Shown one piece after another: positions 1-11,260 of a stretch of DNA of 34,711 nt; position 1 is the first letter of the stretch, and each line of letters opens with the position of its first letter. A model generated the notes under the pieces. The model did no database searches. It was not told where the DNA came from and saw only the letters and a program-made list of their open reading frames with translations. Source of the stretch: Octopus sinensis. Taxonomy: Eukaryota. Location: positions 1-34,711 of the forward strand of contig NW_021832025.1 of assembly GCF_006345805.1 (NCBI RefSeq), in the 5' to 3' direction. The position numbers and the translations under genes were made by a program.

Positions 1-1227
1 ATAAAGTCGATCATGGAATGATATGTCACAAACTGCGTGATCTTGGCATAGTTGGAAATTAGGGAGAATGGCTTTATGACTTTCTGAAGGATAGAAGTCA
101 GGTGGTAGTAGCCAATGGGGCCACTTCCAATAACACGCAAATAGTGAGCGGTGTTCCGCAAGGCACTGTTTTGGGACCACAACTGTTCATAATGGCCCTC
201 TCAGACATGCCCTCAGCCACGCTGAGAGCCACGATCACAAGTTATGCAGATATACAAAAGTTTTTCACAGGCAATACAGAACCCTGAAGACACTAAGCCC
301 TGCAATGTGAGCTGGACAAAATATACAAGTGGGCTAAAAGAATGGCATGCAGTTCAATGCTGAAAAGTTTCAAGCTTTATACTATCAGCATGAAAAACTA
401 AATGCAATACCCAATAAACACACTGGACCTGGAGGGATTGCAATCCCAGAGGCACAATCAGTGGGAGACCTGGGTATTTACATGAGTGATGATGCAACCT
501 TTCATGTGCATGTTGCTAAATTGGCAATGAAATGTAGGCGGCTGACCGGATGGATTCTTAGAACCTTTAGCAAAAGAGACCAGGAAACCATGATGGTCCT
601 CTGGAGGACACTTGTCCTAAGCCACTTTGACTATTGCTCTCAGCTAATGGTCACCATCCAGTGTCAAGTTAATCACAGAACTTGAGGCGATCCAACGAAG
701 CTACACGAAGAAGATAGCCTCTGTGCAGCATATAAGCTACTGGGAAAGACTCAAGAGATTAAGACTTTATTTCTTAGAGCGTAGGCGAAAAAGATATGCC
801 ATAATATACATCTGGAAGATCCTAGAAGAACTTGTCCCAAACTTTGGCATCGAGACTTACTCAAATGGCAGAACTAGGCGCCACTGCGTGGTGCCAAGGA
901 CTCCAAATTTGCCATCAAGATGTAGGACAAGATACTGTGATAGCCTGGGCTTCAGAGGCCCACAGCTCTTCAATATCCACTCGAATAACCTGAGAGACAT
1001 GCATGGGGTGGATGTAGATGTCTTTAAAATAAAACTGGATTTCTTCTTGTAAGGCGTCCCAGATGAACCAACTTCACGATAGGAGGTGCAGATGAGGGCA
1101 GCTGCATCGAACTCTCTCATGCACCAAATGGCAATTGCTAAAAAGCATTCGTGAAGTAAAATCATGTAGCAACACCAAATGGCGGTGCCCCAGCATGGCC
1201 ACAGCTCGTGAGCTGAAACTAAATAAA
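1..1227 (+). mobile_element. 3' part of a degenerate CR1/L2-type LINE (RT C-terminal half plus 3' UTR), frameshifted
   Basis: Broken ORFs carry RT motifs: KVDHG, VSGVPQGTVLGPQLF, SYAD (frameshifted), MQFNAEKF, DLGIYMSDD, LEAIQR, YWERLKRLRLYFLERRR. It ends in the tail GGCGGTGCCCCAGCATGGCCACAG-hairpin-AAACTAAATAAA. Confidence 0.9.
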
Positions 1228-1242
1228 GATAGAGAAAGATAA

Positions 1243-1267
<25 letters not shown>

Positions 1268-1273
<6 letters not shown>

Positions 1274-1332
1274 AATAGATACATTCGTTCATACATACAT
1301 GCTCACGCATAAATACATACAAGTGTGTGTGA

Positions 1333-1370
<38 letters not shown>

Positions 1371-1559
1371 CGACGTCACTGGTTCCAAGCTGTATCGACC
1401 ATTGTCTTTCGCTTGGATAACACTGGTGGCGTGGAGAGGGGAGGCCGGTATGCATGGGCGACTGCTGGTCTTCCATAAACAACCTTGCCCGGACTTGTGT
1501 CTAGGAGGGTAACTTTCTAGGTGCAATCCCATGGTCATTCATGACCGAAGGGGGTCTTT

Positions 1560-1605
<46 letters not shown>

Positions 1606-1632
1606 AAAGACCCCTTCGGTCATGAAATATAT

Positions 1633-1680
<48 letters not shown>

Positions 1681-1762
1681 ATATATATTATATACACTCA
1701 CACACACTCGTATGTATTTATGCGTGAGCATGTATGTATGAACGAATGTATCTATTTATGTA
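1268..1762. repeat. Nested inverted duplications around (TA)n tracts
   Basis: 1268-1340 is nearly the reverse complement of 1690-1762. 1539-1563 is nearly the reverse complement of 1602-1625. Confidence 0.9.
1366..1562 (+). mobile_element. Probable SINE 3' fragment between (TA)n tracts
   Basis: GC-richer non-coding block ending GGTGCAATCCCATGGTCATTCATGACCGAAGGGGGTCTTTT. The family assignment is from recall only. Confidence 0.5.
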
Positions 1763-2349
1763 TAGATATATGATTGTGTGTTTGTGTGTGTATTTTTAAA
1801 TTCACATTCACTAGTTTATTCAACTTATCGAATGACTTCGCCAATTGGTATTTTTATAATCGAAGACAGGCAACTAGAATCGTCGAAAGACAGAGTCGTA
1901 CTGGATGAGACTTACATTTCTAACAATAATTACAATGACATTTAAAATATCATTAAATACAATGAAAATACCTTTGGTAGTAAATGTAAAACTGATCATC
2001 ATACATTCCTCCATATAAAAATACCAGTAGGTGAAATTTTCTTCATTGCCTGGATAGGCTAATCGGCGAATTACAGAATCAAAGTAAACTTGAACTTTAT
2101 CATATATATGTTTAACTATTGGTATTGAATTAATCCATTAGTAAATTTTCCGTAGCTATGGTTAAACTTGCTTTTAAATAATAAATGATTTTTTCAAGAT
2201 TATATTTAAAAGTATGTTTACGTATATTTGAATGCTTTATATTTATGTAAGTATGTTAGATTAAATACCAGCATTCTGTATATTCCCATATGTGAATTTA
2301 CCGAGTGAATATAATCGGGAATATATACACTCGATACATTTACCTTACT

Positions 2350-2472
2350 ATGTATGTATGTATATATATATAATATATATATATATTATATATATATATA
2401 ATATATATATATATAATATTATATATATATATTATATAATATATATAATACATAATATATATATTATATATA

Positions 2473-2504
<32 letters not shown>

Positions 2505-2634
2505 GCATGTATGTATGTTTACACTACCAGACATTAAAATATAGATATATATATATAGTAAAATACTTAGACTTATCAATACATTAGACTATATGATGAC
2601 ATAAATATATAAATACATGAAAAATATATTGTAT

Positions 2635-2680
<46 letters not shown>
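2350..2680. repeat. Imperfect (TA)n microsatellite tracts
   Basis: Read directly. Confidence 0.95.
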
Positions 2681-2681
<1 letters not shown>

Positions 2682-3620
2682 GTCCGACTTACAGAATAAA
2701 AAGGATACGATAGAATTAGACAGAATGTCAAGAGTCAAGAAAAAACGTAAAATATAAAAAGGTCTGAGCATTAAAAGCCTCCTTCTTTAGGGAAAAGTAA
2801 AGTACTAGAAAGATTCACATTTAATGCGTTGTCATAATGAGAGTTAACGACTGAGTGATATTATAGGGACCTATATGTATGAGGACAGGAATTGGAGGTG
2901 TTTTAATAAGAGTAGTGGGAAGAAGAGATACAACACGTGGTAAAAATAAAGCTATATCTGACATAGATATTATTCTGGTAGCCAGGAAAACTCTTATTAA
3001 TTTCAGAGATGATAACTGGACCCGAAATACCTCGTTGGGCTATTTTGATATGACAATGGGTTCTTCTTGCTCGGCCCAAAATACAGACATGGTGGGTTTG
3101 TACCTTCTTTCACAAATTAAGCAGCGCTTCCCTAACGCATCCGGTGGATTCTATAGAGACCACGCACTCCTTGCAACTAAGTGATTATCACGGCCAGCTG
3201 TTGTACGCACGAAAAAATCTTTACAAATGTTTTTTTTTTTTTTGAAATTACAATCTTAATAATATCTTATTTGAAACTGATACCAACGTAGCAAGGTTTT
3301 TGGATATTACACTTAACTTAAATACAAATTTATAGTACACTTTTCACAAGCCCAAGTGGATCTTACAGTATATAAATGTCCTTTCAAATCATCTGAAACT
3401 AACCCTTAGCAGTTTGGTTACAGGCATTTCAAAGAGAATCTCTAATTTAACAGCTGAAGACGGAGGCAGTGTCCAATAATTATCCTTTATTTGTCTGGAC
3501 AACTGGATCCCCAGAAACAGCCGTCGAACTTTTAATACTCAAAGCTTTTATATTTTACCCTTCTTCTGGACTCTTATCCTTCTATCTAATGTCGTTTTTA
3601 TTCTGTATGACGCACTATAT
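2677..3620 (+). mobile_element. Degenerate Penelope-like element: RT fragment, hammerhead-bearing 3' region and an inverted terminal copy
   Basis: ORF 2879-3184 contains YFDMTMGSSCSAQNTDMVGLYLL...GGFYRDHAL, matching the PLE RT pattern FDVTMGS..GA...LVGL...GLYRDDGL. FLDITLNL follows near 3300. 2677-2778 is a diverged reverse complement of 3529-3620. Confidence 0.8.
3450..3528 (+). ncRNA. Hammerhead ribozyme-like motif (degenerate, long stem II)
   Basis: CTGAAGA (3454-3460), a stem containing CAG-TGTCCA/TGGACA-ACTG, GAAAC (3514-3518), AGCC, then the GTC triplet (3523-3525). Confidence 0.6.
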
Positions 3621-3819
3621 ATATAAATATATATATTCAATATATTTTTCATGTGTTTATATATATATATATATCACTTGAGCACATACTTACATACATA
3701 CAGCACATACATACACACATACATACACACATACATACATATACGTATCTGTACATATATACATATATGTATGTATATACAGATACATATATGTATGCAT
3801 CGGTGTATATATATATTTA

Positions 3820-3995
3820 TGTGTGCTTTGCGTTTCTTCCACCATCGTTTGCTCCACTACAGCTTGTTGGTTTTCTTTATATCCCCGTAACTTAAGGGTT
3901 CGTGGAAACAACCGTTTGAATTAGCAATCGGCTTAAAAATTCGTTCGAGTAGAATAATTCAACGCTGTGCTGCAGCATGACCGCTGTCCAAAAAG
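3820..3995 (+). mobile_element. Old 3'-half SINE copy, same family as 20396-20788
   Basis: TCCCCGTAACTTA and GCTGTGCTGCAGCATGACCGC correspond to TCCCCATAACTTA and GCGTTGCTCCAGCATGGCCAC in the younger copy. Confidence 0.65.
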
Positions 3996-4170
3996 TTAAA
4001 GAAGCCAACGTTATGAGTCTATTGCATATGTATGTATGTTCATGTACACATGAGTGTGTATGTGTCTATGTGTGCGTGCAAGTGCGCGCTTGCGTGTGCG
4101 TGTTACATACAATCCACACACACAGACATACATATGTATAAGATAGATAGATAGATAGATAAATAGATAT

Positions 4171-6294
4171 GTTTCTTTATTAGCCACACAGGGCTGCACA
4201 CAGACAGAACAAATTACAAGGTAGAGCTTTTCTTTTGGGGGTAAGAAAAAGGGGGTTGGTTTTCGATCAAAAGGGATCGTAAAAGGAAAGAAAGAGGACA
4301 AAAAAAGGGGAGGATTTTGAAAAAAAAGGGGGGGTAGAGGAAAAAAAAAGGAAAGGGGAGAGGAAAAAAAGTTGATCAATAGGGATCGTTATCACAGAAA
4401 TCAATATGAAGTGTAAAGGGGAGGACAGGTGAGGTTTACCCGTGGAAAGAACAGACAAATGACACGGTAACCTCGGTCAATGAAGTCACATGTTATATTT
4501 CTTTCTTTTATTTTTTTTTGCAAATAAGCAACTCTCTGTATTAATTTTTACGGTTCATAGAATCATAGTAAAGGTGCCTCGTCATTCATACGTGTTATCC
4601 TTGCTACATTCACCCATCTTTTTTTAAAACATTCACTAGACAAAACTTGCCTCTCTACTCTCACTTTCCTCTTCAAGTGATACTTGAAGAAGTTGATGAG
4701 AGATTGACCAGAGAGGAAAGTGTTTGTCTCTAATCATTTCAGGCGCGTCCACCAGATACATTATTTCGCCATAGCCACAAGTATGATAAAAATAGCTCTT
4801 CCTTCCCGTTTGAAGGAAGGAGGCGTGACGATATTAACGATAGACTCGGTTGATAGACCGGCACGTCCCACACGTGACAGCAGTCGTTCGACATAAGCCC
4901 ACAGGTCGGAAATTGCTGGACACTGCACGATTGCGTGCAGAGCGGTTTCGTCGCTCTGCCCGCATCTTGGGCAGGTCGGCCCCGTGTTTCTCGAGCCATG
5001 CCTATAGAGCTTATCCCGAACGGGTAGCGCTTCTCGGTAGCACCGCCAGGCCAGGGATCTCTGGAAGTTGTCCATAGGTCCCGGGCTGAAAGTAGTTTGA
5101 AACAGGCGGGTCAGGTATTCCTCGTCGACGCCCAGGTTTGCCCCGAGATCGTCATCGTACCTCCTCTCCACTAATCCCCTATAGAATGCTTTGGTTGCGT
5201 TGAAGTCACTCAAGGTCGACCCGGGACGGCAGAGCTGCTTGAGAGCAACGCGACACTCGCGGTGCCATTCGCCCTTCCTCGGCCTCTTTTTGATCCACGA
5301 CTGCAGTTCGGTCATGGAGCCGAGTTGCGGGAATGCGTGCCTCACAAACGGCGACCACACCTGTTCACCGTCGTCTACATAGAGCCGGAGATGTCGCAGA
5401 CTCAGCGCGTGTCTGCGCATCATCAACCACGGCATGCCCAGCCCTCCTTTTAACGGGTGTTGACAGCAACTGGATCCCCTGACCATCGGGACGCATCCTT
5501 TCCACAAGAAGCGGAAGAGGATGCGTTCTAGTTTGATGATGGTAGGGTCGGGACAAGGTACGACGGTCAGGCGGTAGTAGATGATGGACGCGATGTACGC
5601 GTTCGCCACCTCCGCCCGACCTTTTAGGGACAGTTTCCTCTCGGCCCATTGCTGGGCGAGAGTGACCACCCTACTCGTTATCTCGTTCCAGTTCTTCTCC
5701 ATTTGGAGGTCCGGACCGAACCAGACCCCGAGCAACTCGACCGGGCCGTCAGTCCAGCGTCCCACGACGGAGGTACTGGTGGACGGCATGGGCTTGCTTC
5801 TCCAGGTGCCGAGCCGCAAGCCCACTGACTTTTCCCGGTTGAATTTTGCTCCTGTCACCGCAAAAGACGGGACCGAAACCAGCCGCTCTCAGGACTGCCT
5901 CCAAGTATCGATGGTCTACCCTATCGAAGGCTTTCTATTGATCCAAGTTGATCAGGGCCCCACCCATGCCAGGTTCGTTAACTACCTTTGTCAAAATTTT
6001 CAGGTCTGCATTGAGCAGAGTGATTGGTCTAAAGTTAATTATAATGTTCCCCTTGTTTGGATCTTTCTTCAGCAGTGTTACAGCTCCTCGACTCACAAAA
6101 CCGTGTATGCTCCCGTTTTGCTGCCAGTTGCAGTATACCGCTGCCAAGACGTCTCCAAACAAGTCTGGCATACAATTGTAAAACTCGTAGGGTAGACCAT
6201 CCAAACCCGGCGATTTGTCTCTCGAGCATTCTGCCATCGCGTCCTGCACATCCGCCGCCGTGATGGCACCTTCGCAGCACTCTGCCTCTCTTGC
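4171..6294 (-). mobile_element. 5'-truncated, internally deleted Tx1/L1-clade LINE (ORF2 RT, zf-RVT and 3' UTR)
   Basis: KSPGLDGLPYEFY, NFRPITLLNADLKILTK, LDQ*KAFDRVDH, GAKFNREKS, LLGVWF, W..RKLSLKGR, GGLG, CPRCGQSDETALHAIVQCP. AATAAA lies at the 3' end. Both junctions abut (TATC)n. Confidence 0.92.
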
Positions 6295-6602
<308 letters not shown>

Positions 6603-7561
6603 TGCACGTCTATATCTTCTACTAGTCTTTCTCTTGCTGTGTATCAGATTTAAGAAAATCGTTATTCTTTGGATATAATAGGATTCTGTTGGAAGAAAGC
6701 TTCAAAAGGATGTTTGATAGTCAATGGGATAGTTTACTGACTTTTTCTTTCTACTGGGTGTGGCCTAGTTCTTTAAGCGTAGTCCCATTTGATCTGCAAA
6801 TGGTGCAATGAAAAAGGGGAAATAGAAACAAGGCGGAGAGTTGGTGGAGAGAAATTAATATACTGAGAGACAGAAAAAAAAAAAAAAAGAAAAAAACGCG
6901 CGAGCGAGAGAGAGAGAAAGAGGTGGGTGGAAGAAAGTTATAAAGAGAAAGGGAGAGTGGGCTTGGGAAATATGAAGGCTTAATGTTTGGGAAGGAAAAT
7001 TGATACATTATGAGAGTTAACAAGTGAGAAATTAAAAGAGAGATAAGCGTGGAGATTAAATGATGAGAGAGAAATGAATGCGGAGTACAAGGGGTGAGTG
7101 TCTCTGTGTGGGACAGAGAGAGTCAGAAAGTCAGAGAGACAAAGAGCAGGTTTTCATGTTTGTGGTTGTATTGATTGCGAGTGTGTGAGCTTGTGCGCGT
7201 GCGCAAACGCATGCAGTAATATGCGTGAGTGGGGAGCAAGAAATAACAGAAGGTGTGGCCTAGTCCAAGGGCAAATGTATAGGATACTCAAAGTATCGAA
7301 TGTTTTGTACAGAGAAACTTAATGAAATGGAAACGGAGAGAATAATACGACACGGTACTACATAGCAAAGAGAGAGAGAGAGAGGAGAAAGAGAGAGAGA
7401 GAGAGAGAGTTGAGAGAGAGAGAGTGAGAGAGAGAGAGAAAGAGTTGGCAAATAGGCTTAACAAGTATGAACTAATCTTATACCTTGAAAGAGAAATATA
7501 GCGAAATCGATACATATGCACGCGGGCATGTGTGTGTGTGTATGCATGTTATGCGTGCAAG

Positions 7562-7599
<38 letters not shown>

Positions 7600-7762
7600 C
7601 AAAATGGGACAATAACGCAAAACATCCAGACAGTTAGGTGATACATAAAAGGAACAACAAAACATCCAGATAGACGATACAAGGGAAACAAGGACGGGTC
7701 ATTCGGAGTTTTCTTTCCCCAGTCGATTTCCATAGTATCTTTGCAATTTTGGCTGGTTATAC

Positions 7763-7795
<33 letters not shown>

Positions 7796-8857
7796 GTATA
7801 TATAAGAATAGAGGGAGAGAGACATAGATATTTAGATATAGACATAGATATGTATTTAGCTAGATAAGTTACGTAAATATATAATCATTTTCGTACATCT
7901 ATATATATATATTATATATATATATATATATACATACATGCATGCATACATACATACATGCATACATACATGCATCCATACATGTTTGCATACATGCATA
8001 CATACATACAATCATACTACATACATACATACATACATATATAGGAGCATTACAAGTGCAATCAGTGAGTGGAACAGTAAATATTTTGCAAGACTTTTTT
8101 CAGGTTCCAAATGTCTTTGTTAACTACATCCCATAAATGGCGCCTTGTACCTTTGTTAAACCGGCTCCCTCGTCAATGGAAGATTTATAATAATTAAAAA
8201 AATAGAAGACACATACATATACAGCGATTTATCTACATGAATTATTGCCGTCTTCTTGCTCTTCTTCGTTGTTATTGGCAACTCTGACTTTACCTTTATA
8301 GCCCCTAAGGTCCGGTTGCAAACTTCATGATTTGAAGCATAGGGGACAGACGAAACTTCTTGTGCGCTTCCACCTGGTTAACTTTGCGCAGTAACCACCC
8401 CTACATCACCATGTGATGATAAATGAAGTCACTATAAAAAGACACCAGTATTTCATTATATTTTGTTGATAAGCGACTGAACATATTGGGTGCTAGTCTC
8501 TTTGTCTCTGTAATTAGCATCTATTAATAAGCCGAATCGAGCAGTTATCACTCTCTCCGAGAACGATATTGTGGTAACAGCTAGTGGTCTCTCATCCCGA
8601 GTGGTTTTACTGCAAGCATTGACGTCAACCAAGGGTATTTCTGCGTCCCTGCACCTAGATGGATTGTAATTATACATGCTAGTTAACCCATAGCTGGGAT
8701 GCTGACAGGTGCTACTACTCTGGGAGAGACTAGACATGGGAACAATAGTAGCTAAGAGATGTTTCCGTTCTCCTCAAACCTTGGAACTCCCGAACTAGAT
8801 CCACAATACAAGATTCAGTTTAAAATCATAATCAGGGCATACATAAAATAAAAAGCA

Positions 8858-9246
8858 TCTTTCTCAAGCCCAATGGACTAATAAGGGTCGGGTACTCGGT
8901 TTTCGTGTGATATATATATATATGGGGAGAGTCATTTTCTTTTTGTGCCTTATAATGTAACACACTCACCGGTAAAATTTCCACTTTTTTCTTATTTTTA
9001 TTTTCTTAAAATTTTTGTTGCGTCTTGCAACCTTTTCAATATATATATGTATGTATATATCTCCCTATGGACGGGACGGGACGCCGGTCCATCGTAGGAT
9101 TACTCATTTTTGCCTAATGACTGGACTAGAACAGAGGGAAATGAAGTGTTTTTCTAAGAACCCGATGCGTCGTACTGTTGAGAAATAGAAGCCAAAATCT
9201 TACGACCATGAGTCAGACACCCTAATCACTACGCCACAAGCCTCCA
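8858..9246 (-). mobile_element. Degenerate tRNA-derived SINE, interrupted at an internal (TA)n
   Basis: The minus strand begins TGGAGGCTTGTGGCGTAGTGATTAGGG (A-box-like), similar to the head of the SINE at 9755. The body includes CCTACGATGGACCGGCGTCCCGTCC. Confidence 0.65.
8922..9040. mobile_element. Short insertion in (TA)n, possibly a PLE-type terminal fragment
   Basis: A ~120-bp T-rich block flanked by TA repeats that splits the SINE. The family assignment is inference. Confidence 0.35.
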
Positions 9247-9550
9247 CTCCAACATACATACTTACATATATCTTTGTTGCTGTCCTCATTCACCAAAATC
9301 TTAAGTTAGTAAAAGAGTAAAAGAGTAAAGAATGTGTGTGTATACGCATACATACATACACTAACGTCGAACAATGAGAATGAGTGCTGAACAACGCATT
9401 GGTGTATAAAATTTCTCAATTTTTGTATTAAGTTTACAATTCGTCCATGTGATTAGCTTGAAAATTGTTAAGATTTTTAAAAATAGTTCGTAACGTGAAA
9501 CCAGTTGTAGCCTTAATACACAAATAAAGCAATATATATATATATATATA

Positions 9551-9593
<43 letters not shown>

Positions 9594-9754
9594 AATATGT
9601 ATGCATCTATTATGTAGGTAGGTAGGTAGGCAGGTTACTGTTCCTCCACGCGATCGGTTTCAAAAGTTAAGATATTAAATATTCAGATACTTATTTAACA
9701 TGAAACCAATAACAACATTATCACATAAATTAAGAAATATATATATTAATACAT

Positions 9755-10059
9755 TTGGAGGCGCAATGGCCCAGTGGTTAGGGCAGCGGACTCGTGGTCG
9801 TAGGATCGCGGTTTCGATTTCCGGACCGGGCGTTGTGAGTGTTTATTGAGCGAAAACACCTAAAAGCTTCACGAGTCTCCGGCAGGGGGTGGTGATCTCT
9901 GCTGTACTCTTTCACCACTCTTTCTCCCACTCTTTCTTCTGTTGGCCTGCTCGCTTAGCCAGCGGGGTGGCGTCATTCGAAGGCTAAAACAATGCGAACG
10001 CATTGTGACCAGCGATGCGTAACAACATCTGATGGGCTGGTCGGTCACGTGATCACGTG
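9755..10059 (+). mobile_element. Full-length tRNA-derived SINE with a 14-bp target-site duplication
   Basis: A box TGGCCCAGTGG and B-box-like GGTTTCGATTTCC. The tail is (TCACGTGA)2. TSD ATATATTAATACAT occurs at 9741-9754 and 10060-10073. Confidence 0.9.
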
Positions 10060-10241
10060 ATATATTAATACATATTTATGAATTGGAGCTTAATAAATCA
10101 TCTAACGGATATTAAATATATAATATACTACTGGATGTGTACCTACGAATTTTTAAGAAAGTGCTTACTATTGCATGGCAATATTACAATTGAATACTAG
10201 GTATAGGTGGGGGTAAATTGGAAATTTACCCAGGATTTATA

Positions 10242-10381
10242 AAGCAAATAAAAAAAATGGAGATAAACATCAGCCAGTAAACATTCCGTTATACCTATTT
10301 ATTAAATGATAACAAACATGTGTTCAAGTAGTACAAGTAAACGAATGAGATCAGCCAATAAATAGGTAAACACACACACAC

Positions 10382-10445
<64 letters not shown>

Positions 10446-10542
10446 TGAATGAATAATTGTAGATGGGTGTATAATAGTAGATGAGTTATCTGTACGCTCA
10501 TCTACTATTATTCATACATCTCTCTCTTTCTCTCTCTGTATA

Positions 10543-10610
<68 letters not shown>

Positions 10611-10783
10611 GTGTGTGTGGTGTGTGTGTGTGTGTGTGTATGTTTACTTATTTAGTAGCTGATCTCATTCGGTTACTTGGGCCACTTAAACACTTGTTGT
10701 TATCATTTAATGAATAGATATAATGGAATGTTTATTGGCTGTTGTTTGTCGACTTTATATCCTCTCCATTTTCTTTTTTGCTT
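10242..10783. repeat. Long imperfect inverted repeat (foldback)
   Basis: Perfect 15-bp central stem (10471-10485/10497-10511). Mirrored GA/TC, TA and CA/TG tracts and diverged unique arms extend outward. Confidence 0.88.
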
Positions 10784-10794
10784 AATGTATATAT

Positions 10795-11260
10795 TGTATG
10801 TATATATGTATGTATGTATATAAGTAAATGTATACGTGTATGTGTATGTAGGTAGGTTGGTAGGTAGGTAGGTAGGTTGGTAGGTAGGTGGGTCGGTAGG
10901 TAGGTAGGTAGGTAGGTAGGTAGATAGGTAGGTAGGTAGGTAGGTAGGTAGATGAAGAAGCGAAATATGTAGCACTAGAAACTTGCAGTTGGAATCATAA
11001 TTAATTAGTAGTTGACACAACTCCACTTGATTGGAAGTTTGTTTCGTAGATGTAGATATGCGTCAATGTTTTTGGATATACGGAGTCCTATATTTATGTA
11101 TGTATGTATGTATGTATGTATTATGTATGTATGTATTTATGTATGTATGTATGTATGTATTATGTATGTATGTATTTATGTATGTATGTATGTATGCATG
11201 TATGCATGTATGTATGTATATATTCTTGTATGTGTGTATTTATGTGTCTGTATGTATACT
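10795..11260. repeat. (TAGG)n and (TATG)n tetranucleotide tracts
   Basis: Read directly. Confidence 0.95.

Noticed and set aside
4850-6263. Plus-strand ORFs of 63-204 aa
   Set aside because: They are antisense shadows of the GC-rich Tx1 ORF2.
9308-9330. (AGTAAAAG)n identical to the SINE tail at 20769-20788
   Set aside because: No recognisable SINE body lies upstream, so it is too short to call.
9757-9830. tRNA-like sequence
   Set aside because: It continues into a SINE body with a TSD and has no proper acceptor stem or terminator, so it is a SINE head.
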